64,000 nucleotides of DNA, taken from the NCBI GenBank assembly GCA_041917695.1, contig JAYRXE010000037.1, positions 434,582-498,581 of the forward strand, read 5' to 3'. The position numbers were made by a program, and so were the translations under genes. Position 1 is the first letter of the stretch. Every line of letters begins with the position of its first letter. The notes beneath the pieces are model-generated. The model did not search any database. It saw nothing but the letters and a program-made list of their open reading frames with translations, and was not told where the DNA came from. The stretch is from Minisyncoccota bacterium. GTDB lineage: Bacteria > Patescibacteriota > Minisyncoccia > UBA6257 > GWB1-50-10. Positions 50,686 to 60,298 of the stretch are shown in pieces.

Positions 50686-53600
50686 TTAGGCTTCCGTTTT
50701 TTCGTCCGATTTCGACTCATCGGCCCTCTTTTCATAGTCATAGGTGACATTCAATCCCAGTGATTTCAATTCGGCGAGCAACACATTGAACGAAGCGGGA
50801 AGATTCGGCTTCTTGATTTCCTGCCCGCGAATGATCGCTTCAAACGCGGCGGAGCGGCCAACCACGTCGTCCGATTTGATGGTGAGCATTTCCTGGAGCG
50901 TATGCGACGCGCCATAGCCTTCAAGCGCCCACACCTCCATTTCTCCGAACCGCTGTCCGCCGAGCTGGGCCTTGCCTCCCAACGGCTGCTGGGTGATGAG
51001 GCTGTAGGGGCCCGTCGAACGCATGTGAATCTTGTCTTCAACCAAGTGGTTCAGCTTCATCATATAGATGTATCCAACCGTCACCGGTTTCGGGAACGCC
51101 TTGCCGGTGAGGCCGTTATAGACGGTCAGCTTTCCGTCGCGCGGGAATCCCGCGCTTTCAAGCTCGCTCTCGACATCTTCCTGCTTCGCGCCGACGAAGT
51201 TCGGCACAATGGCGCGGAAGCCGAGTTTCGAGGCAGCAAGCCCGAGGTGGGTTTCAAAAATCTGGCCGAGGTTCATACGGCTTGCGACGCCGAGCGGATT
51301 CAAAACAATATCCACGGGCGTGCCGTCGGCCAAAAAGGGCATGTCCTCGACGGGGCGCACCTGTGAGATGACGCCCTTGTTCCCGTAGCGTCCTGCGAGC
51401 TTGTCGCCGGCGCGGATTTTCCGGAGCTGGGCGACTTCGATCTGGATTTTCTTGATGATACCCGGATCGAGCTTGTCTCCGCGGTCGCGTGAAAAGACTT
51501 TGATGCCGATGACGCGCCCCTGCTTGCCGTGCGGCAAGACGAGCGACGTATCTTTCACGTCACGGGCCTTCTCGCCGAAAATGGCGCGGAGCAGGCGCTC
51601 TTCGGCCGTAAGTTCGGATTCGCCTTTCGGGGAGATTTTACCGACCAGAATATCGCCGTCGCGGACTTCGGCGCCAATGCGGATGATGCCTTCCTCATCG
51701 AGGTTGCGGAGCTTGTCTTCGGAAACGTTCGGGATGTCCGGCGTCGTCATTTCGGGCCCGAGCTTCGTATCGCGAACCTGGCAGATGAACGTTTCGATAT
51801 GGACGGACGTGAAGACGTCCTCGCGCGCGACGCGCTCGGAAAGGATGATGGCGTCTTCAAAGTTGCCGCCGTGCCACGGCAGGAATGCGACGAGCAAGTT
51901 CTTGCCCAAGCTCAGCACGCCGCCCGCAGTAGCGGAACCGTCGGCCAAAACGCTCCCCTTCTTCACCTTGTCGCCGAGGCTCACCAGCGGACGCTGGGAA
52001 AGGCAGGTCGACTGGTTTGACCGCTTGAATTTTGAAAGCGAATAGACTTTCGTTCCGCTTTCGGTCTTCACCGAGATGGACTGCCCGTCCACTTCCGAAA
52101 CGGTGCCGGCAACGTCGGAAACCAAGACCTGCGCAGAATCCTGCGCGGCTTTGTCTTCGTGTCCCGTGCCGACGAGCGGCGGTTCGGGAAGGATGGGGGG
52201 AACGGCCTGGCGCTGCATGTTCGAAGCCATAAGCACGCGGTTTGCGTCGTTGTGTCCCAAAAACGGCACGAGCGATGCGGAAACCGAAACCGACTGGCTG
52301 GGCGTCACGTCCATATAATGGACATCGTTCCGGTCGCAAAGCGCCGGCTCACCCTTCATGCGGACCGTCACGCGCTCGTTCGTGATTTCAAACTTTTCAT
52401 TGAGCGGGCTGTCGGACTGGGCGATGTTGTATTGCTGCTCTTCAAAAGCATCGAGCCACACCAATTCCTTCGTCACCACGCCTTTCACCACTTTGAAATA
52501 CGGCGCTTCGAGGAATCCGAATTCATTCACGCGGGCATTCGACGCCAAATAGTTCACGAGACCGATGGACGAACCTTCAGGGGTTTGAATGGGGCAGATG
52601 CGTCCGTAGTACGAACTGTGCACGTCGCGCACCTCAAAACCGGCGCGCTCGCGCGTAAGACCGCCGGGACCCATCGTCGAAAGGCGGCGCTTGTGCTCGA
52701 GTTCCGCCAACGGATTCACCTGGTCCATGAACTGCGAAAGCTGGGACGACGAGAAGAAGTCGCGAACGACCGAGGTCAGGAGCTTATAGTTCACGAGCTG
52801 TACCGGCTGGAGAGACGAACGGTCGAACATGGACATGCGGTCCTGAACGCCGCGGCGGAGGCGCGCAAAACCGACGCGGAGCTTCAGCTGGACCAGCTCG
52901 CCGACCGCACGGATTCTGCGATTCCCCAAATGGTCGATATCGTCCGGAAGCGAGCCCGGCGTGTTGTTCATCCGGATCATTTCGGTAACGATGCGGACGA
53001 GGTCGTCCTTCACGAGCAGGCCTTCCGCCTTCGATTTCTTGCTGTCGATATTGAGCCGCTGGTTCGCCTTATACCGTCCCACGCGGGAGAGGTCGTAGCG
53101 GTCGAAGCGGAAAAACATCGGGTCGATGATGGTACGCGCCGACTCGACGGTCACGAGGTCGCCCGGGCGGAGGCGTTTGTGGATCTCGAGATATGAATCC
53201 TCAAGCGTCTGCGCGTCGTCCTTTTTCAAAGTCGCCTCGATATACTTCACCTCGCCGGTATCCACGTCTTCAAACGCCTTCGCAATTTCTTCGTTCGAAC
53301 CGAAACCGAAAATACGCAAGAGCTGCGTTACGGGCGCCTTGCGCTTCCGGTCAATCTTCACATTGATGGACCCGTCGGGATCCGTTTCGAATTCGAGCCA
53401 TACGCCGCGGTTCGGGATGACTTTCGCCCCGAAGAGTTTCCTTCCGCGATACAGGTGTTCCGTGAAATACACGCCGGGACTGCGGATAAGCTGCAAAATA
53501 ACGACGCGCTCGACGCCGTTTATGATGAACGTCCCGCGCTCGGTCATCATGGGGAAGTCCCCCAGGTACACCTCCTGCACTTTGGACTGCTTCGTCTCGT

Positions 53601-53892
53601 TCATGACGAGCTTCAAATTCACCCGAAGCGCCGCTTCGTAGGTCTGGTCCTTTTCCTTCGATTGCGCTTCGGAATACTTCGGCGCATCGAATTTATAATC
53701 GAGGAAATGCAGTTCAAGCTCCTTTCCAGTGTGGTCGGTGATGGGTGAAATCTCGTCAAAAAGCTCGCGAAGCCCCTTCTTCATGAACCAATCGAAGGAC
53801 GCGAGCTGTATTTCTATGAAATTGGACTGCGTGTGGGAATGACCTTTATAGGAGGTGAACGTTTTTGTGGCGCGCGGGACGGATGAAAGCAT
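50686..53892 (-). CDS. rpoB: RNA polymerase beta subunit
   Basis: SQLSQFMDQ, TPEG, GDKLAGR.GNKG, GGQRFGEME. Confidence 0.98.
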   Translation of the reverse strand: MLSSVPRATKTFTSYKGHSHTQSNFIEIQLASFDWFMKKGLRELFDEISPITDHTGKELELHFLDYKFDAPKYSEAQSKEKDQTYEAALRVNLKLVMNETKQSKVQEVYLGDFPMMTERGTFIINGVERVVILQLIRSPGVYFTEHLYRGRKLFGAKVIPNRGVWLEFETDPDGSINVKIDRKRKAPVTQLLRIFGFGSNEEIAKAFEDVDTGEVKYIEATLKKDDAQTLEDSYLEIHKRLRPGDLVTVESARTIIDPMFFRFDRYDLSRVGRYKANQRLNIDSKKSKAEGLLVKDDLVRIVTEMIRMNNTPGSLPDDIDHLGNRRIRAVGELVQLKLRVGFARLRRGVQDRMSMFDRSSLQPVQLVNYKLLTSVVRDFFSSSQLSQFMDQVNPLAELEHKRRLSTMGPGGLTRERAGFEVRDVHSSYYGRICPIQTPEGSSIGLVNYLASNARVNEFGFLEAPYFKVVKGVVTKELVWLDAFEEQQYNIAQSDSPLNEKFEITNERVTVRMKGEPALCDRNDVHYMDVTPSQSVSVSASLVPFLGHNDANRVLMASNMQRQAVPPILPEPPLVGTGHEDKAAQDSAQVLVSDVAGTVSEVDGQSISVKTESGTKVYSLSKFKRSNQSTCLSQRPLVSLGDKVKKGSVLADGSATAGGVLSLGKNLLVAFLPWHGGNFEDAIILSERVAREDVFTSVHIETFICQVRDTKLGPEMTTPDIPNVSEDKLRNLDEEGIIRIGAEVRDGDILVGKISPKGESELTAEERLLRAIFGEKARDVKDTSLVLPHGKQGRVIGIKVFSRDRGDKLDPGIIKKIQIEVAQLRKIRAGDKLAGRYGNKGVISQVRPVEDMPFLADGTPVDIVLNPLGVASRMNLGQIFETHLGLAASKLGFRAIVPNFVGAKQEDVESELESAGFPRDGKLTVYNGLTGKAFPKPVTVGYIYMMKLNHLVEDKIHMRSTGPYSLITQQPLGGKAQLGGQRFGEMEVWALEGYGASHTLQEMLTIKSDDVVGRSAAFEAIIRGQEIKKPNLPASFNVLLAELKSLGLNVTYDYEKRADESKSDEKTEA

Positions 53893-53910
53893 GGATGAGG
53901 AATGTTGTTT

Positions 53911-54939
53911 TTATATCGACAAATATTTTTTTCTTTTCTCGTTGTGCTCCTGGAGATTCCGGGAGAAGAAGGTCTCCTGAGTTTCCGGCGAGGAAAGGTA
54001 ATAGAGATAGGGGCTGACTTTGGGGGTGCGGGCGGCGCGGATGGCAGCTTCGCCGGGGTTCGCTATCGGCGTCGGCGTCCAGCCCGTCCGCTTGTAGGTG
54101 TTGTACGGAGAGGCCATTGCGGTATCGCTCCTTAATACGCGGATTTCGGCACATCCGCGGATTTTCCCGTCGCATTTCGCATACGAGAGCGTGGCGTCCA
54201 CCTGGAGGGGCATGGAAAGCGAGATGCGCTTCCAGAGGATACCCGCGACCAGTTGGCGGTTCTCGAACTCCGGGACTTCGCGTTCGAGATACGAGGCGAG
54301 GATCAAGGTCTCATACCAGTCCTTCCGGTCGGCGAGGAGCGGCCAGGCGCGCTTCTCGAAAACGTTCAGCATCTTCCGCACCACCTCTTCGGGAGCCGAG
54401 TTCTTTTCGAAGTAGTAGGTTTCGGGAAAAAGAAACCCTTCGAGCGAATCGGCGTGCGCGAGGAACGGGTACGCGACGCGAAGTCCTTCGAACTCGTATT
54501 CTTCAAGCGCGTTCTCCCGTTCAAGCACGCCGGACTCGACCAAAAGCGATTCGATGTCCTTCAGGGTGGATCCTTCGGGAATGGTGACGAGCACGTCATT
54601 GCGCTTCGTCGACGTGATCTCCGCCATGATCTGTGGCAAGGTCATCGCGCTCGAAAACTCGTACGTTCCCGGCTGGATATTTTGCGCGCGACCCGTAAGG
54701 AGCGCATACATTTTAAAAACAGCAATCGATTTGATGAGCGACTCCTGCGAAAGGCGCGCACCGATATCTTTGAAGCTTTCCCCTCTCTCTATTACGAACT
54801 GCTTCTTCTCCGTCATCCCGTCCACCGGCTGCAGCCCGTAGAAAAAATAGGCCGCGGAAAAAATGAAGAACAGGAGGACCCCCAATCCTATGAGGACGGA
54901 AAAGTTAACTACCTCACGTGTGTCATACTGAGGATTCAA
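53911..54939 (-). CDS. mltG: Endolytic transglycosylase MltG
   Basis: TM, VTIPEG, LEGFLFP.TY, LAS..ERE, M.LQ.DAT, SPYNTY...G..P.PIANPG. Confidence 0.93.
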   Translation of the reverse strand: MNPQYDTREVVNFSVLIGLGVLLFFIFSAAYFFYGLQPVDGMTEKKQFVIERGESFKDIGARLSQESLIKSIAVFKMYALLTGRAQNIQPGTYEFSSAMTLPQIMAEITSTKRNDVLVTIPEGSTLKDIESLLVESGVLERENALEEYEFEGLRVAYPFLAHADSLEGFLFPETYYFEKNSAPEEVVRKMLNVFEKRAWPLLADRKDWYETLILASYLEREVPEFENRQLVAGILWKRISLSMPLQVDATLSYAKCDGKIRGCAEIRVLRSDTAMASPYNTYKRTGWTPTPIANPGEAAIRAARTPKVSPYLYYLSSPETQETFFSRNLQEHNEKRKKYLSI

Positions 54940-55999
54940 GCTTCGTGGAGTGAATTATACTCACTAGAAGCGCTGTGGTCAAGAGGCTGGACCCGCCGTA
55001 GCTCATAAAGGGAAGGGTGATTCCCGTCACGGGCACGAGTCCAAGGTTTGAGCCCATATTTATCAATAAATGGACGGAAAAGACGATAATTCCGCCGAGG
55101 ACTATGAATTTTGAATAATTGTCCCGCGCTCGGGCGCCGATGGCGGTAAAACGCCAGAGGATAAGGAAATACGCCAGGATAAGAAGCGCTCCGCCGACAA
55201 TCCCCCACTCCTCCACAAATGACGCGAAGATAAAATCAGTTTCGGCTTCGGGAAGGAAGTTCAGATGGGTTTGCGTTCCGCCCTTGAAGCCCTTGCCCAA
55301 AAACCCGGCCGAGCCGATGGCGATTTTTGACTGGATGACGTTGTAGTTGATTCCCAACGGATCGCGCTCGGGGAAAATAAACGCCGTGATGCGGTCCTTC
55401 TGATAATCCTTCAAGACGAATGTCCACACGAGCACCGCGCCAAGAAGCGCTGCCAAAAGTCCCATAAGAAACCGTTTCACGTGAATGCCGCTCATCAAAA
55501 GAAAACCTCCCCAGATGGAAAAGACGACGACCGCCGAACCGAGGTCGGGATGCGCGGCGACCAAGAGCCCCGGCACGGCGACGAGAAAAAACGAGGTGGC
55601 GATGTTCCGCCCCTGCCATGCGGCAACGTGGCGCTTCGAAAAGAATGCCGCGAGCACCAGGATAAGCCCCAGCTTCATGAGCTCCACCGGTTCGAACTGG
55701 AACCCGCCTATCGTAATCCACGCCTTCGTACCGCGCACCGTGCCGGGTTGGATATAGGAAAAAACCAGCAGAATTAGCGCGACCGCATACACCCCCCGCG
55801 AAAACCAGCGTTGGGACGAAAGCCATTTCCAATCGATGACGAAGCCGAGTATGAACACGAGGAGGGCGGCGCCCCACCACATGAGCTGGCGCCAAAAAAA
55901 ATCCATTGAAAGGCTCGCGAGCGTCAGCATGCTCATCGCGGCGATAAAGGCCACACTCGTGAGCATCACCCAGTCGGCATTTTGTCCGCGGATATTCAT
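54923..55999 (-). CDS. rodA: SEDS family protein RodA/FtsW
   Basis: FEPVE..K, PDLG, QSKIAIGS.G, LPE..TDFIFA, GITLPF.SYGGSS. Confidence 0.88.
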   Translation of the reverse strand: MNIRGQNADWVMLTSVAFIAAMSMLTLASLSMDFFWRQLMWWGAALLVFILGFVIDWKWLSSQRWFSRGVYAVALILLVFSYIQPGTVRGTKAWITIGGFQFEPVELMKLGLILVLAAFFSKRHVAAWQGRNIATSFFLVAVPGLLVAAHPDLGSAVVVFSIWGGFLLMSGIHVKRFLMGLLAALLGAVLVWTFVLKDYQKDRITAFIFPERDPLGINYNVIQSKIAIGSAGFLGKGFKGGTQTHLNFLPEAETDFIFASFVEEWGIVGGALLILAYFLILWRFTAIGARARDNYSKFIVLGGIIVFSVHLLINMGSNLGLVPVTGITLPFMSYGGSSLLTTALLVSIIHSTKLESSV

Positions 56000-56002
56000 A
56001 CC

Positions 56003-56767
56003 CTACTCAGCCTCTATCCACACGTTCGATTTTTTCGCGTCAAAGGCGGATTCAAGCGCGGCGTCGCTCGGAAACGCGACGATAAAATCTCGTTCGCCCG
56101 CGGTTTTCATTCCCGAGAGCGTCGTCTCCGCTACGAAGAGTTCCTTGCCGAACGCGTCAAAAAGGGACGCCACCACGCGCACGGATGAAACGGGACCTCC
56201 GCCTTCGTTTTTGAGCGTACCGCTTACGCGAATCCCCCGTTCGGTGAGTTCGGTCGCGATACCCCCCGAAAGCGCGACATCCGGGCGGAGGGCGGAAAAT
56301 GATTTCTCCCACGCCGGTTCGCCGATAACAACTTTTATTTCGCTGACGAGGTTTTGCGCAACGGTAACGCCGCTTTTAATAAGACGCGTCTTCCCGCCCG
56401 GGGCAACCGACGCCGTCCCTTCGAGGGTTTGTATCTTTTGTCCGTCTGCGTTGTAAAACTCGATGGCATAGGGAAAGCGCGCGCTGAATTGGGCGTTCGG
56501 ATTTGTTACTTCCGCAGAGACCTCCGGCGTGATGGCGCCGATGGAAAACACCTTCGGTTCGCGCGACACGCGGAGCGGCTCGAGGGAAAGCACGTCGCAC
56601 GCCTCGCACGTTCCTCCGCAATCGACGTCTTCCTCATCCTGATTCTTCACGCCATCGAAACAGCTTGGGGCAACCTCAAAAAACGGGCGCACAATCGCGT
56701 AAACGATTACCCCCGCAAGAAGCAGAAAAATCACTCCGTACAGCGCCTTTTTTGTTCCGCTATCCAT
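56003..56767 (-). CDS. Membrane-anchored protein with Cys-rich CFDG..N..E..VDCGG.C..C motif and Ig-like domains
   Basis: N-terminal TM, disulfide-rich motif, two beta-sandwich-like segments. Confidence 0.75.
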   Translation of the reverse strand: MDSGTKKALYGVIFLLLAGVIVYAIVRPFFEVAPSCFDGVKNQDEEDVDCGGTCEACDVLSLEPLRVSREPKVFSIGAITPEVSAEVTNPNAQFSARFPYAIEFYNADGQKIQTLEGTASVAPGGKTRLIKSGVTVAQNLVSEIKVVIGEPAWEKSFSALRPDVALSGGIATELTERGIRVSGTLKNEGGGPVSSVRVVASLFDAFGKELFVAETTLSGMKTAGERDFIVAFPSDAALESAFDAKKSNVWIEAE

Positions 56768-57509
56768 GGCGCGCAATTGCTTTTGTGAATGCCGACATTT
56801 TTTTGAGGTCGGACGACGCTCCCCCGACCAGAAGGCCGTCTATCACGGGAAGCGCAAGGTACGCCCCCGCGTTTTTCTCATCAACCGACCCGCCGTATAA
56901 CATCCGGGGAATGGAGAAACCGATTCGCGACATGGCTTCCTTCACATTTAAAATCGTCCACGCGGCAAGCGCCGGACCCATATTCGCGCCGGTACCGATC
57001 GCCCACACCGGCTCATAGGCAACGATAACTTTTTTAAAAAGCTTCGGTGAAACTCCGTGAAGCGACGCGCGCAATTGCTTGGACAAAAAAGAATTCGCCG
57101 CCGCTTCGCCTTTCCTCCGCACGGCGAGGGGCTCGCCGACGCAGAGAATGGCGGTGAGGCCCGCCCCCGCCGCCGCCTCGACTTTCCGGGCAATCTCCAT
57201 ATCCGTTTCCTTAAACACGTTCCGGCGTTCGGAATGCCCCACAATGACGAAACGGGCTCCCGTCTCGGCGAGCATTGCCATGGAAATCCCCCCCGTGAAC
57301 GCCCCGCTCTCCTCCGGGAACCCGTCCTGTGCGCCGAGAACAATCTTTCCCCTTCTTTTCATGAGCGTGCCGAGGAAAAGCGCGGGCGGAGCAACCCACA
57401 TCTCAAACGCGGGGTGTTTTGCAAGCGCGGAGGATGCCGTGCAAAGCTTAAGAGCCTCCCGCTCCGTCCGGGGGTTCATCTTCCAATTGCCGACGATGAG
57501 CTTTTTCAT
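56760..57509 (-). CDS. tpiA: Triosephosphate isomerase
   Basis: GNWKMN, GHSERR, AYEPVWAIGTG, YGGSV, LVGGAS. Confidence 0.97.
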   Translation of the reverse strand: MKKLIVGNWKMNPRTEREALKLCTASSALAKHPAFEMWVAPPALFLGTLMKRRGKIVLGAQDGFPEESGAFTGGISMAMLAETGARFVIVGHSERRNVFKETDMEIARKVEAAAGAGLTAILCVGEPLAVRRKGEAAANSFLSKQLRASLHGVSPKLFKKVIVAYEPVWAIGTGANMGPALAAWTILNVKEAMSRIGFSIPRMLYGGSVDEKNAGAYLALPVIDGLLVGGASSDLKKMSAFTKAIARHG

Positions 57510-57587
57510 TACGTAAAAAGTATACAAATAAATCCCCCCGCTTAATAGCGGGGGCGGGATAAAAGAAAACCGCCGGGAAATGGCGGT

Positions 57588-58004
57588 TTATTTGGTGAAA
57601 AAATTTTTCAATGCGGTAGCGATCGCTTCGCAGGCTCCGGGTTTCACAATACGGTCGAATGAAATGACCATAACGATCGCTTCATAGCGGGTAGTGAGAA
57701 ACACGCATCCTTCTTCGTTCGCTTTCCGCTCGTGGAACTCCGAATAACTCGGAATGTCCATTGTGGAAAAAACATGCGGAGATACGTCCGAGCAGATAAT
57801 CACCACCTTTCTCGTGATATGAGGCGGGTTCGGTTCTTTCGCAAAATCATGAAAAGAAACCGTACTGTTTTGGAATGGCTCCGGCAAATTTCCGCCCGCA
57901 CAGAATTCTGCGAACTTTTCATTGAAAAGCTCGTGGTAGGCGGTGGCGACGCTTCCCTTCCCCGACTCTTCCACAAGGAGGATGGGGATGCTGTTTTCTG
58001 CCAT
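57588..58004 (-). CDS. Hypothetical protein (cassette 3 of array)
   Basis: AAGGAG SD, TTGACA upstream, terminator overlapping stop. Confidence 0.65.
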   Translation of the reverse strand: MAENSIPILLVEESGKGSVATAYHELFNEKFAEFCAGGNLPEPFQNSTVSFHDFAKEPNPPHITRKVVIICSDVSPHVFSTMDIPSYSEFHERKANEEGCVFLTTRYEAIVMVISFDRIVKPGACEAIATALKNFFTK

Positions 58005-58108
58005 ATAAAACGCTCCTTTCTGTTTGCGCTACGTGTTAAGCTGGCTGAACTCATGGAACTCCTTTCGGTTTTTGCTGTCAAATAAAAAGCCGCCAGCGGC
58101 GGCTTTGG

Positions 58109-58558
58109 TCATGGAGCGGATACGTGCCCCACGCAATACTCCCGATGCATGGCATCCACGCCCTTCAGAAAAAGAGCATACTCTTCCTCGTCCATGCTCG
58201 TATTCGGACACACCACGAACGGAACGACCCGCTCCAGGTGAAGGATGAGGAAGTTGCCCGTGGACGGATGGGGCGCTACCGACCAGTCATTCGTCTCCTG
58301 CCGTTTGAGATATTCAAGATATTCGCGGTTTCCCACCAATATCCGCGCCTTGCTTCTGAAAAAAAACTCGAATTGCTCCGCAAGGGGCTTGTCTTCGTTC
58401 GAATGGATGATGATATCCGGCCGAGGACGGAACCCGTTCCGCAAACGGGGAACAAAAAAATATTCAATGAACTCCTGGCTTTTTCGTATGTCATTCCGGC
58501 TGTCGGAGCCGTTCACCGGAAAATAAAAAAAGGCAAAGATGTTTATTTCGTTTTCCAT
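58109..58558 (-). CDS. Hypothetical protein (cassette 2 of array)
   Basis: GGAGG SD, TTGACA-18-TAAATT, terminator 58087-58106. Confidence 0.65.
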   Translation of the reverse strand: MENEINIFAFFYFPVNGSDSRNDIRKSQEFIEYFFVPRLRNGFRPRPDIIIHSNEDKPLAEQFEFFFRSKARILVGNREYLEYLKRQETNDWSVAPHPSTGNFLILHLERVVPFVVCPNTSMDEEEYALFLKGVDAMHREYCVGHVSAP

Positions 58559-58633
58559 GGCGCCTCCGCGCTTAAATTTTTAAAAAAAATGTTTCTGGAA
58601 AAATTTAACCCCCGATAAACGGGGGTGTCAACT

Positions 58634-58984
58634 TTAGGCAGCTGCGAAAAGCTCTGGCTGTGAAACCTTTTCAAAAAAGGCCATGCATTCATGGAAGTTA
58701 TGCTCTTCCTCAGCCTCGGTGACAGGGATTTCCTTATAATCCTTATCCTCTTTGGCATAGGTATTGAGCACTATCCAAGCTCTCTGCCTGCACTGCTTTT
58801 CAATACTTCGGGGAGGTTCTACATATACATGCGAACCGTAATTTTTGTATCCGATGCGTGTCATTTTCTTCCCATCTTCGCTGACAAGAAAAGTGAACTC
58901 CATAGCCTCGTACGTGACTACGACGGTGCGATGGTTATCGCTTACGGACTCAACATGAATCGGATCAGGAATTTTTGGTTCCAT
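58634..58984 (-). CDS. Hypothetical protein (cassette 1 of array)
   Basis: AAGGAG SD, TTGACT-18-TATAAT. Confidence 0.68.
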   Translation of the reverse strand: MEPKIPDPIHVESVSDNHRTVVVTYEAMEFTFLVSEDGKKMTRIGYKNYGSHVYVEPPRSIEKQCRQRAWIVLNTYAKEDKDYKEIPVTEAEEEHNFHECMAFFEKVSQPELFAAA

Positions 58985-59146
58985 GATTATCTCCTTTTGA
59001 TTAATTAATATTTACTGTTTTTATTATACCATACGAAGCATATAAAAGTCAATAATTCCAAAGTTTTGTCAAGGTGTCCTACCCAGCTCTGACGCAACGG
59101 AAGAGTATAATGGGTGCAAAGGTCGAGAAAAGCTATTTTTAAAAAA

Positions 59147-59476
59147 ATGAAGAAACTTTTCGTGGTTTTGAGCGTAATGGCAATGATGTTCAGCCTCTCT
59201 TCGGTCGCCCTCGCAGGCGGCGGAAGCTCGCAGGTCTCCTACACGTACTACGATACGCAGGCGGACTATGCGAACGGCGTTGGCACGGCAGTCACCTGCA
59301 ACCCGACGAGCCCCTCCGGCGACTACATCACCTGCTTCATTGACGATGAGGATCGCGCCTGGGGCATTGTGGTCGATACCGACCGCGCCTGGGGCATTGT
59401 CGTCGACGATCGCGCCTGGGGCATTGTCGTTGATACCGATGGCAAATCCTTCGGCATTGTCGTTGATACCGACTAA
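59147..59476 (+). CDS. Small secreted protein with four C-terminal D(RAW/GKSF)GIVVD(T) repeats
   Basis: Signal peptide ending ALA; Cys pair; TATAAT at 59106; terminator 59494-59524. Confidence 0.78.
   Translation: MKKLFVVLSVMAMMFSLSSVALAGGGSSQVSYTYYDTQADYANGVGTAVTCNPTSPSGDYITCFIDDEDRAWGIVVDTDRAWGIVVDDRAWGIVVDTDGKSFGIVVDTD
59351..59473 (+). repeat. Coding tandem repeat, four units of 27-33 bp
   Basis: GA(T/C)CGCGCCTGGGGCATTGT(G/C)GT(C/T)GA(T/C)ACC with synonymous variation. Confidence 0.9.
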
Positions 59477-59639
59477 TTCCGTTTTTTCGGAAAACAAAAA
59501 ACTCCTTCGGGAGTTTTTTGTTTTGAGCGCCATCGTGGAGCCCACCGGCCGGCAGATAGGGATGTTAGAATCGGATTGTGGCTTGGGGGTAATAAAAAAG
59601 AGGGGTCTTAATCCCTCTTTCTGACTCAATGCTTAAAAC

Positions 59640-59942
59640 CTAATGATTCATAACGTACCAACTTTTGTACGCACGTAAATTTTTCTTTGAGAGTTCTTTT
59701 TCGGGGTAAGGACCTACTATTTTTGATGGCATAAGATTCATTTGGGATCTCTGTTGATCTCTAAATAATAGCTCAGGATCTGAATCGGACTGAGCTAATA
59801 CAATTACATTATTTATATTTGTAGCCCCTAAGCACTTATGCTTTTTTGCTTGATTGATTAATGCAGTGATATATTCTCGTATATCTTGTGATATCGTAGA
59901 TTTAAACAACTCCTCAAAAAATTTAAATTTAATTTTTTTCAT
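59640..59942 (-). CDS. Hypothetical protein (very AT-rich cassette downstream of tRNA-Glu element)
   Basis: Probable start MKKIKFK; the ORF-track TTG at 60008 coincides with a TTGACA-17-TATTTT promoter. Confidence 0.55.
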   Translation of the reverse strand: MKKIKFKFFEELFKSTISQDIREYITALINQAKKHKCLGATNINNVIVLAQSDSDPELLFRDQQRSQMNLMPSKIVGPYPEKELSKKNLRAYKSWYVMNH

Positions 59943-60048
59943 TTCACTTTTTAAAATTATTAAAAAAATATCTGCAAGCAAAATACTACAAATCATAGCT
60001 TCTGTCAATATTTTGAGAAACGGGACTAGTCGAAAACATTTTCGAATT

Positions 60049-60164
60049 TAGCCCACGGGAAATCTCACGTCGTCACTCCGCTCCTCCTTAAGAACCCACG
60101 GTTCTTAAAAGATTTCCTCCACGGGAGCGTTGCGCCGCTCCCGACCCCATACGCTTCGATTCCC
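60049..60164 (-). mobile_element. tRNA-linked structured element, Glu copy
   Basis: GGGAATCGAA, 40-bp core identical to 34565-34604, TTAAGAACC hairpin, TGAGATTTCCCGTGGGCTA mimicking tRNA-Glu 3' end. Confidence 0.7.
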
Positions 60165-60214
60165 TGAGCACCCACACTAAAACAACTCCTTGAAAGGAGT
60201 TGTTTTAGTGTAAG

Positions 60215-60286
60215 TAGCCCCACGGGGAATCGAACCCCGATTTTTGCCGTGAGAGGGCAATGTCCTAGCCGTTAGACGATGAGGCC
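60215..60286 (-). tRNA. tRNA-Glu(CTC)
   Basis: GGCCTCA..TGGGGCT-A, loop CT-CTC-AC, GTTCGATTC. Confidence 0.95.
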
Positions 60287-60298
60287 AACGGAATTCAT

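Noticed and set aside
59351-59473. ~30-bp repeats as a CRISPR array
   Set aside because: No spacers; units are in-frame coding repeats with synonymous changes; no cas genes in the window.
59069-59629. 186-aa minus-strand ORF with NDNAPGA repeats
   Set aside because: Antisense shadow of the plus-strand repeat gene, which has the promoter, signal peptide and terminator.
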